Assembly: GCF_001594145.1 (NCBI RefSeq) | Contig: NZ_LVCF01000042.1 | Location: 21,836 to 85,835 of the forward strand | Reading direction: 5' to 3' | DNA: 64,000 nucleotides | Source: Branchiibius sp. NY16-3462-2 | GTDB taxonomy: Bacteria; Actinomycetota; Actinomycetes; Actinomycetales; Dermatophilaceae | In this document: positions 46,972 through 55,300 of the stretch, one piece after another | Numbering within the stretch: the first letter of the stretch is position 1 | Layout: each line of letters starts with the position of its first letter | Notes under the pieces: model-generated | Told to the model about the DNA's origin: nothing | Database searches by the model: none | The model's input: only the letters and a program-made list of their open reading frames with translations | Made by a program: the position numbers and the translations under genes

Positions 46972-46988
46972 ATACCCCCAGGGGGTAT
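46972..46988. promoter_or_regulatory. CsoR-type copper-repressor operator ATACCCCC-A-GGGGGTAT immediately upstream of copA
   Basis: Perfect 17-bp palindrome read directly. Matches the GC-core / AT-flank pattern (ATACCC...GGGTAT) of known CsoR boxes. It overlaps a TATTAT -10-like hexamer (46986-46991). Confidence 0.6.
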
Positions 46989-46997
46989 TATGGTCGT

Positions 46998-49184
46998 ATG
47001 GCCGTTGATCAGGACATCCGCCTGGACATCCAGGGGATGACGTGCGCCTCCTGCGCGATGCGCATCGAGAAGAAACTGAACAAGATCGACGGTGTGCAGG
47101 CCAGCGTCAACTACGCGTTGGGTACGGCGAGCGTGCACGCCCCAGCGACTGTCCCGGTGGATCAACTGGTCCAGACCGTCGAAGCCGCCGGCTACAACGC
47201 CTCGCTTCCGCAACCCGCGGCCGAACCGGTCGACGAGACCGCCGGCCTGCGTCGCCGGCTGATCATCACCTGGATCATGGCGCTGCCGGTCATCGTCCTC
47301 TCGATGGTCCCGGCGCTGCAGTTCCCGGGCTGGCAGTGGGTGGCCCTGGCGCTGACCGTGCCGGTGGTGCTCTGGGGCGGCCTGGGATTCCACCAGGCCG
47401 CCTGGAAGAACCTGCGGCACCGCACCGCCACGATGGACACCCTGGTGTCGGTCGGCACGTTGGCCGCGCTCGCCTGGTCGATCTACGCGATGGTCTTCGG
47501 CCACGCCGGCATGATCGGGATGCACCACCACTTCTCGGTGGTCGTCGAGCCGCAGGAAGCAGCCGATGCGATCTATTTGGAAGCAGCCGCCGGGGTCACG
47601 GCCTTTCTCCTGCTCGGGCGCTACCTGGAGGCGCGATCCAAGCGCGCTGCCGGTGCCGCCGTGCAGGGCCTGCTGCAGCTGAAAGCCGACGACGTCCTCG
47701 TGGAGCGCGCTGGTGTGGCAACGAGTATTCCGTTGTCGGAGTTGGTGATAGGCGATACCTTCCGGGTGCGTCCCGGTGACCGCGTAGCCACTGACGGAGT
47801 CGTGATCGACGGCCACGCCAGCATCGACGCGTCCGCAGTGACCGGCGAGAGCGTCCCGATCGAGGTCGGGTCGGGCGACCACGTCGTGGGTGGCACCCTG
47901 GCGGCCGGCGGCAGTCTGCGCGTCCGCGCCACCGCAGTCGGGGCGGACACCGAGTTGTCCCGGATCGCTGCCCTGGTCGAGCAGGCGCAGACCGGTAAGG
48001 CCTCCGTGCAGCGATTGGCCGACAAAGTGGCCGGTGTCTTCGTGCCGATCATTCTGTTGCTGGCGCTGGCGACCCTGCTGGGCTGGTGGCTGATCGGCGG
48101 GGATCTGACCCGCGGCTTCACCGCCGCCGTCGCCGTGCTGGTGATCGCCTGCCCGTGTGCCCTGGGATTGGCGACGCCCGTGGCGCTCCTGGTGGGAACG
48201 GGTCGGGGCGCGCAACTGGGCATCCTGATCCGTGGCCCGCAGGCATTGGAGCAGGCCGATGCGATCCAGACCGTCGTGCTGGACAAGACCGGAACCCTGA
48301 CTGATGGCCGGATGAGTCTGGTGGACGTCTGGGCTGCCGACGGGGACGAGCAGCAGGTACGCCGCGTCGCCGCCACCCTGGAGCAGGGTTCGGCCCATCC
48401 GATCGCGACCGCCATCTGCCGTGACCGCACCGACCTGTTGCCGGTCCGCGACTTCCACAGTTACGACGGGGCTGGCGTCGGTGGTGTGGTCGAGGGACGG
48501 TCGGCTCTCCTCGGCCGGGTGAGCTGGCTGCGGGACCAGGGGATCGACGTACCTGCACTCGTCTCGGACCGGGTGGATGCGCAAGCCGGCCTCGGCCGCA
48601 CCGCCGTGGTGCTCGTCGTCGACGGTCAGGTGAGCGGGGTGCTCAGCGTGGCGGATCGGATCCGAGCCACGTCAGGCCAGGCAGTGCGCGGGTTCGAGGC
48701 CCTGGGGCTGCACCCGGTCATGATGACCGGCGATCACCAGGGGGTCGCCGACGCGGTCGCGCGGCAACTGGGGATCAACGAGGTGTACGCCGAGGTGCGA
48801 CCACAGGACAAGGCGGCGCACATCTCCACCCTGCAACAGCAGGGCCAGAAGGTGGCCATGGTCGGCGACGGCGTCAATGATGCTGCTGCCTTGGCTACCG
48901 CAGACCTGGGCATCGCCATGGGTTCGGGCGCGGACGTCGCCTCCGACGCAGCTGATCTGACGCTGCTGCGCACCGATCCGGTGGTCGCGGTGGATGCGGT
49001 GCGGTTGTCGCGGGCCACGTTGCGCGTCATCCGCCAGAACATCGGCTGGGCGTTCGCCTACAACCTTGCTGCGGTGCCGCTGGCGATGTCCGGTCGGTTG
49101 GGGCCGATGGTGGCGGGCTTTGCGATGGCGGCCTCGTCAGTCCTGGTGGTGCTCAACTCGCTGCGGCTACGTCGTTTTCGCTGA
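46998..49184 (+). CDS. copA: Copper-translocating P1B-type ATPase
   Basis: N-terminal HMA domain GMTCASCAMRIEKKL, TGES, transmembrane CPC motif (ACPCALGLATP), phosphorylation site DKTGTLT, HP dipeptide (SAHPIA), MVGDGVNDAAAL. Confidence 0.9.
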   Translation: MAVDQDIRLDIQGMTCASCAMRIEKKLNKIDGVQASVNYALGTASVHAPATVPVDQLVQTVEAAGYNASLPQPAAEPVDETAGLRRRLIITWIMALPVIVLSMVPALQFPGWQWVALALTVPVVLWGGLGFHQAAWKNLRHRTATMDTLVSVGTLAALAWSIYAMVFGHAGMIGMHHHFSVVVEPQEAADAIYLEAAAGVTAFLLLGRYLEARSKRAAGAAVQGLLQLKADDVLVERAGVATSIPLSELVIGDTFRVRPGDRVATDGVVIDGHASIDASAVTGESVPIEVGSGDHVVGGTLAAGGSLRVRATAVGADTELSRIAALVEQAQTGKASVQRLADKVAGVFVPIILLLALATLLGWWLIGGDLTRGFTAAVAVLVIACPCALGLATPVALLVGTGRGAQLGILIRGPQALEQADAIQTVVLDKTGTLTDGRMSLVDVWAADGDEQQVRRVAATLEQGSAHPIATAICRDRTDLLPVRDFHSYDGAGVGGVVEGRSALLGRVSWLRDQGIDVPALVSDRVDAQAGLGRTAVVLVVDGQVSGVLSVADRIRATSGQAVRGFEALGLHPVMMTGDHQGVADAVARQLGINEVYAEVRPQDKAAHISTLQQQGQKVAMVGDGVNDAAALATADLGIAMGSGADVASDAADLTLLRTDPVVAVDAVRLSRATLRVIRQNIGWAFAYNLAAVPLAMSGRLGPMVAGFAMAASSVLVVLNSLRLRRFR

Positions 49185-49322
49185 TGAGAGCCCTGCTGGG
49201 AGACTGTGGGCAGCCTGTGTAGGAATGGTCACATCGGTGGACAGCACCCCTTGTTTATGCGACTCTCGGCCCGGCGGACCCGAGATGGCCGCATGGACTG
49301 AGGCATCAAGGAAAGCAGCGCA

Positions 49323-52300
49323 ATGGCGGCGATCAAACGGTTCGGGCAGGCAACGGCAACGCGGGTGATCGCCGCTATGGCGCTGGTCGTGGCCCTCATC
49401 GCGACGATGAGCCTGGCGACCGCGCCGCAGGTTGCCGCAGCCGACCCGACGGCCACCATGCAGATGGCCAAGACCGCCGACGTTGGTGGTGACCTCACTC
49501 CCGGGACCGAGTTCCTCTACACGATCACCGTGACGTGCTCGTCGGTTGCCGTCGGCGGTTGTGAGAACTACGTCCTCACCGACCCGCTACCGCAGTACAT
49601 CGAACCCGTCGGCGATCCCACCGTCGACAACCAACCCTCCACGGTCACCATCAGTCCGGACAACGTCGTGACGGTGGATGTCAACCAGGCGCTCGGCGGC
49701 GGCAAGACCGGTCTGAAATCGGGCGACACACTCACCGTCACGATCCCGGTCAAACTCGCCGACGACGCGCCGGCAACGATCAACGGCAAGACCATCACCA
49801 ACACCGCCACCTCGACGGCGGACAACGCCACTCAGCAAACCGCTTCGGCTGACGTGACTCCCGTGGTGACCAGCGAACTGGGCGCGACCACCACCAAGAC
49901 CATCGAGCCGTCTGGTGCCGCCGCGAAGCCGGGGACCACCGCTGATGTGACCTTGACGGGTAGGAACACGTCCAATACGCCGGTTCATGAACTGGTGGTG
50001 CAGGACCCGGTCGACCCGGCTGCCTCCCCGAACCCGTTCACCTACCTCGGCGTGACGACGCCGCTCGGCGACGTCACCATGCCCAAGGGCGCCGACCAGG
50101 TCGTGGTGTGGGCGTACGTCAACGGGCAGTGGGTCGAGGGCGAGCCCGGGCCGCCGGCCACGCTGCCTGCCGGTGTTGACCCCAGTGCTGTGCAGGGACT
50201 GCGGTACGTCTTCACCGACACCACGGGGGACGGCATTGCCGCCGGCGCCACCGCCACCATTCCCTTCACCGTCCAGCAACGTGCCAATGTCACGGAACTG
50301 ACCGGCCCGGTGACCGTCAAGAACGACGCCCAGACCACAGTCACCACCACCGACGGGCAGAGCAAGACGTCCGATCCCGCAGACGACACCTATGTGATCA
50401 CTCCACCGGAGTTGGATGCTGCGGTCACCAAGAAGTTCGACCCGGCAACGGTGCACGCCGGTGACCCGAGCACCGTGACGATCGGTGCCACCAACTCCTC
50501 CAACGTCCCGGTCGACTCGCTGACCATCAAGGAACCGTCCGGAGCCACGAACCCGTTCGAGGGTGACAACCCGTTGACCTTCGCTGGATTCACCGGCGGC
50601 GTGGTCTGGCCCAGCGGCGCTACCGCGGCCGCCATCACCTACACCGGGCCGGGTTGTTCTGATCAGGCGCTGACCACGACCACTGCGAACACCCTGCCGG
50701 AGCCGCCCACCGGGTGCCAGCCCACTGGTTTCACCGTCACCTTCACCGGAACGATCGAGGCAGGGGCCGAGGCCACCCTTCCGTTCACGGTCGAGACTGA
50801 CGCCGACCAGAGCGTCGACTCCCTGACGCACAACAACCAGGTCAGTGCCCAGACCGGTCTGGACGGAGCCACCAGCGATCCGGCCACCGCCGACTCCTCC
50901 CTGGTGACCCTGGCCGATCGCATCGCGACCTCGACGACCAAACGGATCACGCCGAACGACATCCCGGCGGTGCCGGGTCAGGACGTCACGACCAGCCTCA
51001 CCGGAACGATCAAGGCCTTCCCGGATTCAACGGTCGATGCGCAACGCATGGTCGTCCAGGACCCCGAAGACCCCAGTGTCAGCCCTAACTTCTTCGACAC
51101 CTTCCGGCCCACGTCGGTGGACAGCACGGAGATCAACGAGTGCAGTCAGCTGACGGTCAATTACTGGAACGGCACCGCGTGGGTGCCCGTGCCGGGGATG
51201 ACCGACCTGCAGGGTCCGCAGCGTTTCTCGGGCAAAATTCCGGCGAGCGTGGACGCGCACGGCCTGCAGTTCGTCTACACCCCCGGTCCCGGGTGCACCG
51301 GTTTCCCGCCCGGCACCTCCTTCTCGCCGAACTTCACGTCCAACGTGCGCCCCGGCGTACCGAATGAGGACGCCACCGTCAGTAACTGCGCCGGCACCGA
51401 CGGCAGCGCCCCGACCGTCAGCCAGCCCGCCCACTCCCAGGGCTGCGCCGACGTCGACCTGAACCACGTCACCCCGGGCGAGGGCGACCTGATCGACAAG
51501 TCGTGGGACGACCCGGCCAACGTCGCGGAGCGTTCCGGTGACGAGCGCGGCGCGACACTGCGCTGGTCGACGGGCGGATTCTCGAACTTCGAGAAGGTCG
51601 TGATCAGCGATGTGCCCAACCCCCAGGAGCCGATCCAGAACTCCGTCTTCGATTCCTTCGACCTGGTGCGGATCGACCCGATCTCAGCGGCTGACGATCC
51701 GCTGCTGAAGTACGACCGGGTCGCCAGCGTCGAGCTCTACATCAACGGCCAGTGGGTCGAAGCCTCCGGTGACCCCTGCCCGGCCGCGTGCGATGGCACT
51801 TTCCCCGGGTACACGCTGACCGCCTCCGAGCGCGCTGATGCCACTGCCTTCCGGCTGACCTACGAAGAGTCCGACACCAACCGCACCGGCGCGGTGGGCA
51901 CGCCGGTCGTCGGTTCCGGTGTCGCCCGCTCCAGCGGCGACAACCGCACCATCCACCCGGTCTTCGCGCTTCGCGACGTCACCCGCCACACCCCGGCGGC
52001 TCCGGTGCTTTCCACCAGCGCCCTGAACACCGACCAGGCCGGCCTTGTCAGCAACACCGCCGGCGCCGACGCCTACTTCCCGGGCGACACCACCCCGTCG
52101 TACTCCGATCAGGCCAGTGACCGGATCACCATCGTGCCGGCCAACCTGCAGGTCGACCTGGCCAAGACCTGGGAAGGCGGTCCGCTGGGGGTCCCGGCAC
52201 CGGGAACGGCAGCCGAGAAGTACCCCACGAGTGAGGTGACCCTGGCGGCCACCAACAAGTCGCTGTCCCGGCTGGACACGCTGACCATCACCGAGCCGAC

Positions 52301-55300
52301 GGGCACGTCCAATCCGTTCGACACGTTCGATCTGATCGGCTTCACCACCATCACTGCGCCCGCCGAGATCGGCGCCACGGACGTGACGATCACCGTGCAC
52401 TACGCCGGTGGCGCGCCCGATCGCACCTTCACCCGACAGGAGGCGCTGGACGCCCCGGCCACCGACTTCGAGGGTGCGGTCGGCTTCGACACCGTCTACA
52501 CCGGCCGCATCAACTCCGCGACGGACCAGCAGCGTGGTGCCCACAACACCGCAACCGTGGGATTCGACACCCGGCTGCGGCCGACGCACCGCGCCGACGG
52601 CACGCCGGTCACCGCACCGGCCACCATTGCCAATGAGGCGACCACGACAGGTAAGGATCTGGTCGACTATCCGAGCGACACCAAGACCGCTACCGACAAG
52701 GACACCGCGAGCATCGATCTGGTCCCCGGCGCCCTGACGGTCCAGGCCGGCAAGTCGATCAAGCCGGCCAGTCAGGTCGAAGGTGACAACTCGCCGGTCA
52801 CCGTGACCCTCAGCGGTCAGCCGAAGGGTCCGGCCCGCACGGTGCAGATGATCGTCCAGGACGACGCACCGACCTTCTGGAACCAGTACGACTTCACCGG
52901 CTTCTCCGCCTTTTCCTTCACCAACCCGATCAACCAGGTGCAGGTGGATGCACTCACCGGTGGCACCTGGAGCGTCGTAGGCGGCGAACCGGTCCTCACC
53001 GGGGCCACCTGGAAGACCGGCACCCCGGGCACCGCTCTGGCCCTGCCAGCGGGAGTCACGGCGCCGCAGGTGCAGGGACTGCGCTTCACCTTCACCCGGG
53101 CCGACGGCAAGAACTGGGAAAACCCGTCAACGCCGAAGCAGAACGTCTCGTTCAAGGTGACCCGTCGCGCCACTCTCAACACCGGCGGCCCGGTCCTCAC
53201 CGATCAGAAGGGCAACGCCCCCGCCCCGGGTGAGACCCAGGCGGGGCGGGCCAGCGATGTCGTCGACGTCGATGCGACCAGTTCCGCGCTCGACGGTGAC
53301 GGCAACCCGATCGTGGCGGACGACACCGCCAACGCGCATATCGACTACGTACACCTGAACAACGCGGTGCAGATCACCAAGAACCCGAAGGGGAACACCT
53401 ACCAACCCGGCGTTCCGTTCACCTACGTCGTCACAGTCAAGAACACCGGTAAGGCGCCCATCGAGAACCCGGTCATCGTCGACGCCATGCCGACCGATGC
53501 CGACGGCGCCCAACTGGTCTTCAACCCCGACGTTTCGGCGAGTAACCGGTACACCTACACCCTTACTCCGCCGTCGGAGGCCGACACGGCGCTGCCGACG
53601 ACAGCAGACGACGTCACGGTGGCCCAGGAATCCGACGCCCAGGACTCGCCGACGTCGCTGACCTTCACCTTCCCGGACGGATCCATCCTGCAACCCGGCG
53701 AGACCTACTCCATCGCCTTCTCCGTCCTCACGCGTCCCGGGCTGAAAGCCAAAACAACCTTCACGAACAAGGTCGGCATCACCGCCGACCGTCCGTGGGA
53801 CAGCTGCTCCGGGACCTTGGACCCCAGCACGGGCGCCTGCACCACGACGGCCGCCAACACCATCGGTGAGGGTGCTGCGATCGGCGTCTCCAAGCGGGTC
53901 AAGGCCGAGGACTCCGACACCCTCGGGGTCATCACCGACCCCGCGCTGACCAAAGCGGTCGACTGCCACCCCGACGCTGCCGGGTTCTACGGCAAGCCCT
54001 GTATCCCCGTGACCAAGCCCGGTGGTGACATCACCTGGCGCACGACGTACGTCAACACCGGCAACGAGTCGCAGACCCGCATCGTCGCCATCGATCGGCT
54101 GCCCAAGCCGGGTGACACCGGCTCGACCAACAGCCTGGCCCGCGGGTCCCAGTGGCGCCCGATCCCGTCCGGTCGACCCACGCTGGTGAGCGGTAACTCC
54201 ATCGATCTGTCGGTGTACTACACGACCTCGGACAACGTGTGTCAGGACGACCTGGTGCAAGCCAACCCGGGGGCCTGCCCGACCGGGGCATGGACCCTGT
54301 GGGCGGAGGGCACGACGCTGCCGGAGAACGTCCTGCAGTCGATCACGGCGTTCCAGTTCGTGTACGCGCCGAACAAAGCGCTGATTCCGCCACTGGGGGG
54401 CTTCAGCGTCGACATCCCGCAGACGGCACCGGCTTTGTCGCCGACCGCCGGTGCGGACACCGTCGCCTTCAACACTACGGGCGCTCGCGCTGAGGCGGTG
54501 CGCGCCAACGGCACCGTGCACACGACCCTGACCACGGAACCGCCGCGGGTCGGCGTATCGCTGGCCACCGGTCCGTTGCAGGTCGAGAAGGTCGTCACGG
54601 GTCCGGCCGCGGAGAATGCACCGGACACGTTCTCGGCGACGTTGCACTGCACGTCGGTGGGTGTAGAGGTCGACCTGGGTGACAAGGCGAATCTCACGTT
54701 GACGCCGAACACCCCGGTGACCGTCAAGGACCTGCCGTACAACGCCGACTGCTGGGTCACCGAGTCCGGGGACGGCGGTCAGACCAGCTCGAGTTCGACC
54801 CATGTGACGGTCACCCGGGATGAGCAGAACGTCCCGTTGATCACGCTGACCAACGTCTACGAGAACGCGTCGCTGGTCGTCAGCAAGACGGTTGACACGA
54901 CGGCCACGGACCAGAACGGCGCGCCGCTGACGTACGGCCCGTTCCAGATCGCGGTCGAGTGCACCTTCCTGGACAAGCCGGTCTACGCCACGGGCTACTC
55001 GGCGGACAAGCCGATGCAGGTCACCCTGAAGGACGGCGAGTCGCACACCTTCACCGGTCTGTCGGCCCGCTCGATCTGCACCGTGACCGAGTCGGATTAC
55101 ACCGGGGCCAGTGTCAGCTACGAGACCACGACCGGCGAGGACTCGTCGGCGACAGGTACCGGCACCCTGGTGCCCGATGGATCGGACGGAAGCGCCCAGA
55201 ACACGACCAAGGTCACCAACACCTTCGACAGTGGGTCGCTGCTGCTCACCAAGAAGGTGGAGGGTGACGCCGCGTCGACGTACGGCGCCGGCCCGTTCAC

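Noticed and set aside
46821-48584. 587-aa minus-strand ORF (and 47621-48430) over copA
   Set aside because: It is antisense to a P-type ATPase that has all signature motifs, so it is a shadow ORF.
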